Below, piece by piece: positions 1 through 8,261 of a stretch of DNA of 64,000 bases. Both the position numbers and the translations under genes were made by a program. Location: the NCBI GenBank assembly GCA_965372795.1, contig CBDVDR010000007.1, positions 32,001 to 96,000 on the forward strand. Direction: 5' to 3'. The notes below the pieces were generated by a model. The model was not told where the DNA came from. It did not search any database and saw only the letters and a program-made list of their open reading frames with translations. Each line of letters opens with the position of its first letter. Within the stretch, counting starts at the first letter, position 1. Origin of the DNA: an uncultured bacterium (GTDB taxonomy: Bacteria; Zixibacteria; MSB-5A5; GN15; FEB-12).

Positions 1-299
1 GGTGGAGTTATTCCTTTAGTGATTATCACCATAGGAACATCCTGTTTAAAAAGCTGATCAGAAATCTCGATTAAACGGTCCTGACTCAATCGACTAATAA
101 ACGCCATTTCTGTTTCACCGAGTACCTGAATCCGTCTATGCGGAAATCGCTCCATAAATCCGGTCAAGGCGAGACCCGGGCGATGTAACTCGGCATTGTT
201 GATTGGTTTTTTTAATCCACCCTGATTGCTGTTTAGAAGGGTTAGTTCTAAATCCTGGTTTCGTGTCGTATATAGTTTATCAACTGTTAATTCTGCCAT
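1..299 (-). CDS. hprK: HPr kinase/phosphorylase, N-terminal part (runs off window start)
   Basis: Manual translation from ATG at 299: MAELTVDKLY...ELHRPGLALTGFMERFPHRRIQVLGETEMAFI, the RPGLxLxG...RIQxxGxxE signature of the HprK N-domain. Confidence 0.9.
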   Translation of the reverse strand, partial: MAELTVDKLYTTRNQDLELTLLNSNQGGLKKPINNAELHRPGLALTGFMERFPHRRIQVLGETEMAFISRLSQDRLIEISDQLFKQDVPMVIITKGITP

Positions 300-365
300 A
301 TCAAAATATAAGTTCTTTCTAATTCTTAATGCAAGTAAGAAAATTGGGTCAAATTATAACAAAAT

Positions 366-395
366 AAAAGCCCGGCAGACTAAAACCGGGCTTTT
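366..395. terminator. Bidirectional intrinsic terminator after the PDZ gene
   Basis: AAAAGCCCGG-N10-CCGGGCTTTT inverted repeat. Confidence 0.75.
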
Positions 396-415
396 ACTAT
401 AAGAAAGGAAAATGC

Positions 416-1567
416 TTAATCATCTAATTTTTTATATAGTTCTTTCATCTCTTTTTGAAGAGTTTTTATTTCTTTTTTTAGATCATCCATTTCTTCATTT
501 TGAAACTGTTTTATTTCATTCTGTAAATCATCTAAATCATCGGAATAATAATAATCTGACCTAACTCTTGGAGTTCTAATGTCACGCAAGCCCTTTAATC
601 CTCTTAATCCTTGTAAACCTTGTAATCCTTGTAATCCTTTCAGACTTTCCTTAAGAGTATATAATTCAGGAGCATGGAAAGTCATATCATCATATTGCCA
701 ATAAGAGTTATCAGAAAAATCATCCGAATCAGCAACTTCGATTGTAAATTCCTTTTCCTTGCGATCTCTAATAATTTTGATATTGACTTTATCCCCTTCA
801 TCCAGGTCACTTATTATCTCAATTAAATCTTGAGAGTCATAAACTTTTTCATCATTGGCTTTTATTATAACATCACCGGCTTTCAGACCAGCTTTTTCAG
901 CAGGAGAATCTTCTACAACTTCAGAGATCAGAACACCTCTGCCTTTTTTAACGCCGAAATATTCTCCGAGCTGTTTATTTAGTTCAGAAAGATGAACACC
1001 GATGTATCCATGATTTTTGTTGTATCTGTTATTATGCCCAAATTGATAATACTTACGGCCATGGTTATCATCAAAATCGAAGTCGAAATCGTGATCGAAA
1101 TCAAAGTTGAAATCAAAATCATGATCATCATCATCGTCACTATAAACAATTATACGAGGAGACTTATTGTAGGACCATCTTCTGCTTGAGTTACGACCAA
1201 GAGTGACGTCTAACTTTTTTTCATCATTATCTCTAATAATAGTTAGAGTAATTTCATCTCCGTTTATTTTGTCATCAATGAAATCAATCAGATCATCAGA
1301 ATCGGTAATTTTCTTACCGTCCATTTTAATTACAACGTCTCCGTCTTTCAAACCCGCCTCTTCAGCAGGTGAGTCGTCGATGACACGGGCAATAAAGGCG
1401 CCATAATTGACAGATAAATCGTAATCTTCGGATATATCATAATCGACAGATTCAAGATATACACCCAGCCAGGCTTTTGAGGAACGCTTAGTTTTAGCAG
1501 AGCCAATTCCGACCGCGAAAATCACTATTAGTAAGCCTGTTAGGATAAGCATTAAATTCCGTCTCAT
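416..1567 (-). CDS. Exported tandem-PDZ-domain protein with no protease domain and a coiled-coil C-terminus
   Basis: Start MRRNLM (GGAGG upstream); signal peptide; two PDZ motifs (WLGV...DSPAEEAGLKDGDVV; YIGV...DSPAEKAGLKAGDVI). Confidence 0.8.
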   Translation of the reverse strand: MRRNLMLILTGLLIVIFAVGIGSAKTKRSSKAWLGVYLESVDYDISEDYDLSVNYGAFIARVIDDSPAEEAGLKDGDVVIKMDGKKITDSDDLIDFIDDKINGDEITLTIIRDNDEKKLDVTLGRNSSRRWSYNKSPRIIVYSDDDDDHDFDFNFDFDHDFDFDFDDNHGRKYYQFGHNNRYNKNHGYIGVHLSELNKQLGEYFGVKKGRGVLISEVVEDSPAEKAGLKAGDVIIKANDEKVYDSQDLIEIISDLDEGDKVNIKIIRDRKEKEFTIEVADSDDFSDNSYWQYDDMTFHAPELYTLKESLKGLQGLQGLQGLRGLKGLRDIRTPRVRSDYYYSDDLDDLQNEIKQFQNEEMDDLKKEIKTLQKEMKELYKKLDD

Positions 1568-1605
1568 AAAACCTCCGCAAAGTTTAATTTTGTATCTAAT
1601 TTTTA

Positions 1606-1632
1606 TACGACATGGTTGGGAAAGAGGTTTCA
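1606..1632 (-). promoter_or_regulatory. Possible ECF-sigma promoter for the PDZ gene
   Basis: TGAAAC-N17-CGTA on the minus strand, similar to SigW-type promoters. Confidence 0.3.
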
Positions 1633-1846
1633 AAAAACAAAATCTACCAGACATATCTAAGTATTAAATAGTCTTTGGGCAGATTATTAAGAGCGGTAAT
1701 AATCCCTTATGCCATTGGTTATTAAAGAGTTAAGGATTTCACACGGTAATTGGACAAAAATTACGATTATTAGGTTTTTAGGGTTTTAGATAATTGAATA
1801 ATGCCAATAATAATTCAAAGAATGGAGTAATTACCGATAAAATGTA

Positions 1847-1875
1847 TTGACAAACTTCATATATTTTTTATATAT
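1847..1875 (+). promoter_or_regulatory. Sigma70 promoter of tRNA-Asn
   Basis: TTGACA at 1847-1852 and a TATAT-rich -10 region, ~25 nt before the tRNA. Confidence 0.6.
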
Positions 1876-1899
1876 GTAGGCTCAATATTGAAACTACAC

Positions 1900-1972
1900 T
1901 CCCCTGTAGCTCAGTTGGTAGAGCAGCTGACTGTTAATCAGCGGGTCGCAAGTTCGAGTCTTGCCGGGGGAG
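1900..1972 (+). tRNA. tRNA-Asn(GTT), CCA not encoded; integration target
   Basis: TCCCCTG/CGGGGGA acceptor stem, AGCTCAGTTGGTAGAGC D-arm, CTGA-CTGTTAA-TCAG anticodon arm, GTTCGAGTC T-loop. Confidence 0.97.
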
Positions 1973-3478
1973 CTTTGTTATACGATTTTGCGAACTCCCA
2001 CTAAACTCAGGTAATTCAAAGATATCCAATATAATTTTATCTTGATAAATAATCACATCTTTAAGAATACATTGGATAGCTTCAGCTTGGTCTTTTGGTC
2101 CCAAAGCTTCAAATGCAATGCTGAAATCCTGTAGACTCTTTCTAACTAAATCTGCATCGTATTCTTCAAAAGCTTGTTCATTGATTTTTCTAGTAATTTC
2201 TTCTAATTCAAAATTTAGAATTTTTAAATTCTTTTCTCTAAATTCAATTTCTTTTTCTAAACGATCTATACTAATTTTCCCAACACCAATGGCTTGAACA
2301 TATTTATCAATTTGAGCTTCTAATTCAGAAATTCTCAGTTTGATCTTTTTAGCTTCATCTTCCAAGGGACCAATTTGATTTTTTAAATCACCATTTAGCT
2401 TTTCAATTGATTTATTTAGATAGGTTTCATTTTGGGATAAATCATAAAGATCATTAATTACGATTTTTTCAATTTTATTCGCATTAAAACTCTTAATTTT
2501 ACATACTCGATTACTAAAATTCATCGTTTTAGTACAGCGATAATAAGGTATTCGATTTATTGAGTTATCCTTATTTCTTTTTTGAGTATAATGGGGTGTC
2601 ATAACAGAACCACAATCACTACATCTAATTAAACCTTTTAATAGGTAAACTTTTTCAATCCTTGAAGTAGGATGACTTCTTGTTGGGTGCATTAATTGAA
2701 TTCTCTTAAATAGAGTTTCATCAATTATTGCTTCGTGTTGCCCTTTATAAATCTTTCCCTTTGATCGAGTTTTTCCTATATACACAGGATTTCTTAAAAT
2801 ATGAGCTATTGCACTTTTACTCCATCTACCATTTGATCGTGGTAAATAACCATACTTTTCCAATTCTAAGCGTAAACTACTTAATGAAGGATTTATACCA
2901 AAGTTATTAAACATAAATTTAATAATAGGTTCTTCTTCTGGATTCGGTAGAAGCTTTTTATTTTCCCTCAAATATCCATAAGGAGGTATGCCACCATTCC
3001 ATAAACCTTTTTGTGCTCTCTGTTGCATCTTATCACGTGTTCGATCTGAAATCATTTCTCTTTCAAATTGAGCAAAATCTAAAAGTATATTCCGTAGCAA
3101 GCGACCAGTAGGATGATTAGTATCAATATTTTGTGTAATAGAAACGAAGTTTACATTATATTTATCAAATTCTTCCATTAGAGTATGGAAATCTTTAACT
3201 GATCGAGTCAATCTATCAATCTTATAAACTAAAACACAATTGATTTTTCCTTTTTGGAAATCTCTGATCATTTCTTGTAATGCAGGACGTTTAACAGAAT
3301 CACCAGAAAAACCACCTTCTACATATACACGATAAATCTCATAATTATCCTGACTTTTACAATATGCTTCAAGCTTTTCTTTCTGTGAATCTAGAGAGCT
3401 ATAATCATTCACCATTTGACTACGACTTGATACACGAGTATAAAGAGCACAAATTATTTTATTTTTTTTCTTATCCAT
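1934..3478 (-). CDS. Large serine recombinase (integrase); 3' end runs antisense through the tRNA
   Basis: YTRVSS catalytic motif, KIDRLTRS, recombinase domain, Zn ribbon (CSDCG...YYRC...C), coiled coil; tail LPRQDSNLRPAD is the tRNA antisense. Confidence 0.95.
   Translation of the reverse strand: MDKKKNKIICALYTRVSSRSQMVNDYSSLDSQKEKLEAYCKSQDNYEIYRVYVEGGFSGDSVKRPALQEMIRDFQKGKINCVLVYKIDRLTRSVKDFHTLMEEFDKYNVNFVSITQNIDTNHPTGRLLRNILLDFAQFEREMISDRTRDKMQQRAQKGLWNGGIPPYGYLRENKKLLPNPEEEPIIKFMFNNFGINPSLSSLRLELEKYGYLPRSNGRWSKSAIAHILRNPVYIGKTRSKGKIYKGQHEAIIDETLFKRIQLMHPTRSHPTSRIEKVYLLKGLIRCSDCGSVMTPHYTQKRNKDNSINRIPYYRCTKTMNFSNRVCKIKSFNANKIEKIVINDLYDLSQNETYLNKSIEKLNGDLKNQIGPLEDEAKKIKLRISELEAQIDKYVQAIGVGKISIDRLEKEIEFREKNLKILNFELEEITRKINEQAFEEYDADLVRKSLQDFSIAFEALGPKDQAEAIQCILKDVIIYQDKIILDIFELPEFSGSSQNRITKLPRQDSNLRPAD
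1951..1996 (+). repeat. att site 0 (attL-like): tRNA half + GA core (1970-1971) + P' arm TTGTTATACGATTTTGCGAACT
   Basis: The arm is an imperfect reverse complement of the arm preceding the core at 11732. Confidence 0.85.
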
Positions 3479-4001
3479 TTACATTTTGTAATGGTTTTGA
3501 TCTTGTGATCCACCATTCCTTCAATTTTGAACCTAATATCAATAGTAAGGAACCACCGCCTAAAATCAAAAGGCTAAGATGCATTCCTACAATAGAAGGA
3601 TTTTCTTTTATGTAATTCTCTGCTTCTTTAGATCCGTGGCATTTTAATAAAAGAGAATAACTCAATATCTCTGCTTGAAATTCAGCTTTGGAAGTCTCTA
3701 TTTTATCAATTGAATCAAGGTGTATCATACAGTGTACAATTTCATGAAAAATTGTGTAATCTCTATGAAATTTAGATTTATTTGAATTTATAAAAATTGT
3801 ATTTCGCCCTTCTACAGTAATCGCTTCACCACTAAAATTTTCTGGAAACTTTGAAGATCTATTAATTGGGATATTCAGATGTTTTGCAAGTTTATAGGGA
3901 GATTTAAATGCTTCATTTGGTAGATTATCAAAAGAATCATATAATTTACTATAAGGTTCAAGCAATAAGTTTCGCCAAAAATTTTTAACCTTTTCAGTCA
4001 T
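3471..4001 (-). CDS. ImmA/IrrE-family metallopeptidase (putative anti-repressor) with hydrophobic C-terminus
   Basis: IFIN...R.YTIFHEIVH...EFQAE motif; overlaps the repressor and integrase genes. Confidence 0.8.
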   Translation of the reverse strand: MTEKVKNFWRNLLLEPYSKLYDSFDNLPNEAFKSPYKLAKHLNIPINRSSKFPENFSGEAITVEGRNTIFINSNKSKFHRDYTIFHEIVHCMIHLDSIDKIETSKAEFQAEILSYSLLLKCHGSKEAENYIKENPSIVGMHLSLLILGGGSLLLILGSKLKEWWITRSKPLQNVNG

Positions 4002-4357
4002 CTATTTTTTGCCTTCTTTTTCGCAATATCATTAACAACCTTTAGTACATCTTTAAGTTCTTTTTCAGAAAGAGTACCTGCAGCTCTAAATAACCTAGCC
4101 ATATTTGGCTTGTTATCTGAGAATTTTCCTGCTTCGGCAATAAGTTCATTAGAGTCAATATTTAGTACTTCCGCTATATCTCTAATTTTCTCATTTGAAG
4201 GTGGTTTCTGAATTCCCCGAAGTATCCTAGATAAATAACTAGGATTTATATTTGTTTCTGATGCTAACTTTCTAAGGGACATTCCTTGCTTATCCATCTC
4301 AGATTTTATTTTATCGCTAAAAAACTTACTTTGCTGTTTTTCAATTTTTTCACCCAT
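3998..4357 (-). CDS. XRE-family HTH repressor (ImmR/CI-like)
   Basis: MSLRKLASETNINPSYLSRILRG HTH; likely start MGEK at 4357 with GGAGG upstream. Confidence 0.85.
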   Translation of the reverse strand: MGEKIEKQQSKFFSDKIKSEMDKQGMSLRKLASETNINPSYLSRILRGIQKPPSNEKIRDIAEVLNIDSNELIAEAGKFSDNKPNMARLFRAAGTLSEKELKDVLKVVNDIAKKKAKNR

Positions 4358-4397
4358 TAAGGCAAATCCTCCATCAATTTTAATCAATATCAATAAT

Positions 4398-4481
4398 GTA
4401 TCCCACATAGTCAACACTTTTTTTACTTTTTCTAAGAAATTATTTAAAATAGACAAAATATATGTTGACTATTTAGGATAC
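4398..4481. promoter_or_regulatory. Divergent promoters with paired 19-bp inverted boxes (putative operators)
   Basis: TGTTGACTATGTGGGATAC (minus, 4398-4416) vs TGTTGACTATTTAGGATAC (plus, 4463-4481), 17/19 identical, each containing a TTGACT -35. Confidence 0.65.
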
Positions 4482-4499
4482 GGTTAGTAACCTCTAGGC

Positions 4500-4736
4500 A
4501 TGAAACAAAAAATATTAAAATGCAGAATGTTAGAAATTAGAAAAAATTGGAAAGGCAAAGGCTTGAGTTTAGCACAACTCGCTAACAAGGTCGGTTTAAG
4601 TAGATCATATATTTGCAAGATAGAGCAGAATCATCGAAAGCCAAGTGGTGAGGTCATGCTAAGAATTGCAAATTGTCTTAATTGCCAAGTAGAAGAAATC
4701 TTTTATCTAACAGAAGAAAAAGTTGAGAACTTGTAA
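4500..4736 (+). CDS. Cro-like XRE HTH protein
   Basis: LSLAQLANKVGLSRSYICKIEQ; divergent from the repressor. Confidence 0.85.
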   Translation: MKQKILKCRMLEIRKNWKGKGLSLAQLANKVGLSRSYICKIEQNHRKPSGEVMLRIANCLNCQVEEIFYLTEEKVENL

Positions 4737-4753
4737 TTTTTTTAAGAAAGTAT

Positions 4754-4939
4754 GTGCCCTATATAAGGCACATAAAGCGAATGAATCAATTAAAAGTTGA
4801 AAGGAGATTTGTACCCATAGAAAAGGTAAAAGCTGAAGAGTTGTCTAACGCTTTTTGGCGAATCTTAGTCGGAGGTGCAATATCTGCAACCTCCATTAAA
4901 CAAAAAATGTCCCTCAAAAAGGAGAATTACAATGGATAA
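4754..4939 (+). CDS. Small hypothetical protein (candidate directionality factor; start may be 4781)
   Basis: Fills the operon between cro and the SpoVG-like genes and overlaps the next start; function is inference from position. Confidence 0.4.
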   Translation: MPYIRHIKRMNQLKVERRFVPIEKVKAEELSNAFWRILVGGAISATSIKQKMSLKKENYNG

Positions 4940-5231
4940 CGAAATAATCGTTGAATTAAGACAAATTGAAGACAATAAATTTTCAAAAGCTAAAGCAGAA
5001 ATAACTCTGCAAACTCCTTTTGGTGAAATTACAATAACTAGAATGAGAGTAGTTCACCAAGATGGTAAAGATCCTTGGGTGGCATTTCCCGAAATACCAT
5101 ATCAACCTAAGGATTCTTCTGAAAAACGATACTTGAAAGTTATTTTGCCAAGTAAAAGATTAAGAGCTGCAATATCAGAAGCAGTACTTAATAAATATGG
5201 GAGTATGAAATTCAATGAGAAATCATTCTGA
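4932..5231 (+). CDS. SpoVG-like nucleic-acid-binding protein
   Basis: AAGGAG RBS; KAKAEITL...ITITRMRVV...WVAFPE resembles SpoVG. Confidence 0.65.
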   Translation: MDNEIIVELRQIEDNKFSKAKAEITLQTPFGEITITRMRVVHQDGKDPWVAFPEIPYQPKDSSEKRYLKVILPSKRLRAAISEAVLNKYGSMKFNEKSF

Positions 5232-5532
5232 TATCACAGCTACAATTCATCTATTTAAAGATGCTCAGAATCTTAAAGCTTATGCTGATGTAGCTATTAA
5301 AACTCGAATAGGCGAAATTACTATTCGTAGATTTAAAGTGATTTCAACTAATTCTGGTAAATTGTGGGTTGCACTTCCCCAATTTGAGTATCAAAAAATT
5401 CTTTCAACTTCTTATGTGGATGCAATTGTAACCACTAAAAGAGCATTTCGCAGAATTCAAAGATTAGTTTTGAATGAATACAAAAAGAAGATTCATCTGG
5501 AAAATTCCCATGTTCAGGTTGATCGCTCCTGA
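5215..5532 (+). CDS. SpoVG-like nucleic-acid-binding protein (paralog)
   Basis: LKAYADV...ITIRRFKVI...LWVALPQ. Confidence 0.7.
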   Translation: MRNHSDITATIHLFKDAQNLKAYADVAIKTRIGEITIRRFKVISTNSGKLWVALPQFEYQKILSTSYVDAIVTTKRAFRRIQRLVLNEYKKKIHLENSHVQVDRS

Positions 5533-5559
5533 CATGGGGGGCGTACGGTTTGCCCTAAT

Positions 5560-5661
5560 GAGAGCAGCTTCAAGGCTGCTCTCTGACCGGTGCCCAAGCC
5601 GCCGGGGTCCTATTGGCGAATGCCAATGGGCGGCGGCAACAAAGCGATTGCCCGAAGGGCA
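5560..5661. other. GC-rich multi-hairpin region upstream of rep (candidate single-strand origin or structured RNA)
   Basis: Three hairpins: GAGAGCAGC/GCTGCTCTC; GCCGCC..CCTATTGGC-GAAT-GCCAATGGG..GGCGGC; TGCCC-GAA-GGGCA. Confidence 0.5.
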
Positions 5662-5738
5662 TACTGGCTTCTTGGTTGCTCTTGTTTCTGGCGTCATTTG
5701 TTGTCTATCTGTCAACTCGCAATTTTGGAGGAATTTAT

Positions 5739-6458
5739 ATGGCTTCTTCACTTGATATTAATAAGCATAATCGAAACAAGTTCTGCGGAAGATATTCACT
5801 AAAAGGATATTTAGAACAAAATGGAGAAAAGAAAATTAGATACGCAAGGCTCGGATGTAAAGGATGGAACTGTCAAATATGTGGACCTAGAAAAGCTTCT
5901 AAGTATCGTCATTCAATCAAAGAACAAGCTCTAAAGTTAAACTTAGATAGATTTCTTACATTAACTTTGGATCCCAAAAAATGCAAACCACATAATTCCT
6001 TGCCACATATAAAAAAGAGTTGGGCTAAATTCAGAATTTCTTTAAAAAGAAAATATGGTCATAGCATTTCATTTATCTGTATTGTGGAATTCCAAAAAAA
6101 TGGTTATGCACACTTACATATTCTTGTTGATCGTTTTATACCTCAAAAATGGATATCACACGCTTGGAATTCTGTAGGTGGAGGAAAGATCGCATTTATT
6201 GAGAGAGTTGAATTAAAGAGTATTGCTTATTATATAACTAAATATTTAACTAAAGATACAAACTTCAATAATTCGGGGAAGCGATACCGAAAATGCACAA
6301 CATCTAGAAATATTAAACTAAATTATCATAAGAAATCAGGGAAATGGGTAGTTATGACAGTTCCTATTGAAGAAATACATAATTCTTATAAGAAACAACA
6401 ATCGAAAGAACATAGAGATATGTCTGGGATGTTACATTGGTTTGAGATTTCAGTATGA
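5739..6458 (+). CDS. Rolling-circle replication initiator (HUH endonuclease)
   Basis: GGAGG at 5727 then ATG 5739; CxxxxCxxC, motif I FLTLT, motif II HLHIL, motif III YITKY. Confidence 0.85.
   Translation: MASSLDINKHNRNKFCGRYSLKGYLEQNGEKKIRYARLGCKGWNCQICGPRKASKYRHSIKEQALKLNLDRFLTLTLDPKKCKPHNSLPHIKKSWAKFRISLKRKYGHSISFICIVEFQKNGYAHLHILVDRFIPQKWISHAWNSVGGGKIAFIERVELKSIAYYITKYLTKDTNFNNSGKRYRKCTTSRNIKLNYHKKSGKWVVMTVPIEEIHNSYKKQQSKEHRDMSGMLHWFEISV
5750..5764 (+). other. Putative double-strand origin / nick site (CTTG^ATA)
   Basis: ACTTGATATTAATAA matches 15 consecutive nt of the phiX174 origin and lies inside the 5' end of rep. Confidence 0.7.
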
Positions 6459-6555
6459 ATTGGTATGTATTTAATTACCTTGACTTAAAAAGGATCAATA
6501 ATTACATTTATACAAACAGGACTAATTCATCTAGAAAAAACTAGAGGGGAATCAC

Positions 6556-7101
6556 ATGGACCTAATCCCAGAATTTAAGAAATTTGCAAAAAAAAGAGCC
6601 AAAGAAATAAAGGCAATGACTGATGTTCAATTTACTCCTGAAACTGCTCAGGTTAACATTGCAGGTCAACAACTTCAATTCAAATTAAATGTAGAGCAAA
6701 CAGCTGCTTGGAAATTGTATGTTGAATTAAATACAAGGATCTCTACTCAACCCTTATCCAAAAAAGACGGGCTATTAAGGGAAGCATTATCTTCTCTTTA
6801 TATAATATTTGGAGTTACAAGAGATATTTTAAAAGAAGCTGGACCTGGCGTAGCAATCGGTCCAAATTCTTTTGGATATTATGCTATGGAAATTCTCAAT
6901 CAAGTTATAAGACCGTTGTTAGCAAAATGGAATCATAAATTACTTAATTGTTAAAAACATAATAAATTAAATTTATCTCAATTTGAACATTAAAAAAAAT
7001 GGAATAAACAAATAGCTTTACGAAAAGAGATTGAAAAAACAAGAAAAGTAATAATTGAATATAATAAATCTTTAGCCATAATCGCAGGGATTTCAAAATA
7101 A
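6556..7101 (+). pseudogene. Hypothetical gene interrupted by two in-frame TAA (6952, 6991)
   Basis: The same frame continues past both stops (KKWNKQIALRKEIEKTRKVIIEYNKSLAIIAGISK) to 6 nt before the TIR gene. Confidence 0.65.
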
Positions 7102-7107
7102 TAAGTT

Positions 7108-7584
7108 ATGATTAAAAGACAAGTTTTTATAAGCTTCCATCATAAAAATGAGCAATCTGTAGTAGACGATTTTGTGAATGCATTCAGCACTTACTATGAC
7201 GTTTTTACTGACAGATCTCTTGATAGAGCTGCAGATAGCGATGATACTGAATACTTAAATCAAGTATGTAGAGATGCCATAGAAGGTACAAGTATAACAA
7301 TCGTAATAATAGGTACTGAAACTGGTAAAAGAAAATTTGTAGACTGGGAAATTAAACATACTTTATTAAAAAAACATGGACTTCTAGCTATATTTCGACC
7401 AAACCTAGAAGATCACCTTACAAATTTGCCGAATCGCTTAATTGACAACATAAATTCAGGATATTCAAATTGGTATAAATACCCATCTTCTCCAGAAGAT
7501 CTGCGATTAATGTTAGAAAAAGCATACAATATAAACAAAGCTTTGATAGACAATAGTAGAGAAAAAATGAAAAGAAACCTATAA
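7108..7584 (+). CDS. TIR-domain protein, ThsB/MTH538-like
   Basis: VFISFHH, TSITIVIIGTETGKRKFVDWEI (conserved Glu). Confidence 0.85.
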   Translation: MIKRQVFISFHHKNEQSVVDDFVNAFSTYYDVFTDRSLDRAADSDDTEYLNQVCRDAIEGTSITIVIIGTETGKRKFVDWEIKHTLLKKHGLLAIFRPNLEDHLTNLPNRLIDNINSGYSNWYKYPSSPEDLRLMLEKAYNINKALIDNSREKMKRNL

Positions 7585-7616
7585 TGTTCTTAACGATAAG
7601 CCATTTGAGTATCTAA

Positions 7617-8261
7617 ATGAATATAAATAATTCGTATAAGTGGGATATTTTTATTAGTTACCATAGATTACCTGCAATTGAAAAATGGTTAAAAGAAATA
7701 TTAATTCCTTTACTCGAACTTCATCTACCAAGTTCATTGGGAAGAGAAGCAGATATATTCTGTGATGATAATATAAAAACTGGTAATCATTGGCCAAATG
7801 AATTGAGCGATGCATTAGCATATTCTAAAGTATTGTTACCAATTTGGACTGTACTTTATTTTCATCGAGAATGGTGTTTAAAAGAGTGGTTAACTATGGT
7901 CAACAGAGAATCTAAATTAAATAGTCTTTCAAGGGAAGAGCAATTTACATTAATCAAGCCGATAAGACTACTTGATGGAAATAAATATCCTATATTTGCT
8001 CAAAATACACAAAGTTTAACCTGTACTAATTATTTTACAACTTCTGAATGTTATAAACAAACACTCGAGTATATAAACCTAGAGAAAAAGATAACAGATT
8101 GGTGTAATAATGACTTAGGACAATCGATAGTTACTGCACCACCTTGTCAAGAATTTTGGTTAAATGAAGAATTTTCTAGAAATTCAATAAGAGCTTTAGA
8201 ATCACAAAGTGAAATGCAACCTATTGATTTAAACACAACACCAAGATTAGGTAATGAATGA
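7617..8261 (+). CDS. TIR-domain protein (TIR_2-like)
   Basis: WDIFISY, IFCD..I..G..WP..L..AL..S, YFHREWCLKEW. Confidence 0.85.
   Translation: MNINNSYKWDIFISYHRLPAIEKWLKEILIPLLELHLPSSLGREADIFCDDNIKTGNHWPNELSDALAYSKVLLPIWTVLYFHREWCLKEWLTMVNRESKLNSLSREEQFTLIKPIRLLDGNKYPIFAQNTQSLTCTNYFTTSECYKQTLEYINLEKKITDWCNNDLGQSIVTAPPCQEFWLNEEFSRNSIRALESQSEMQPIDLNTTPRLGNE

Noticed and set aside
5464..5802. Overlapping ORFs 5464-5751, 5474-5755, 5590-5802 and the rep extension from 5613
   Set aside because: They arise from the stop-poor GC-rich hairpin patch; a clear GGAGG-ATG sits at 5727-5741
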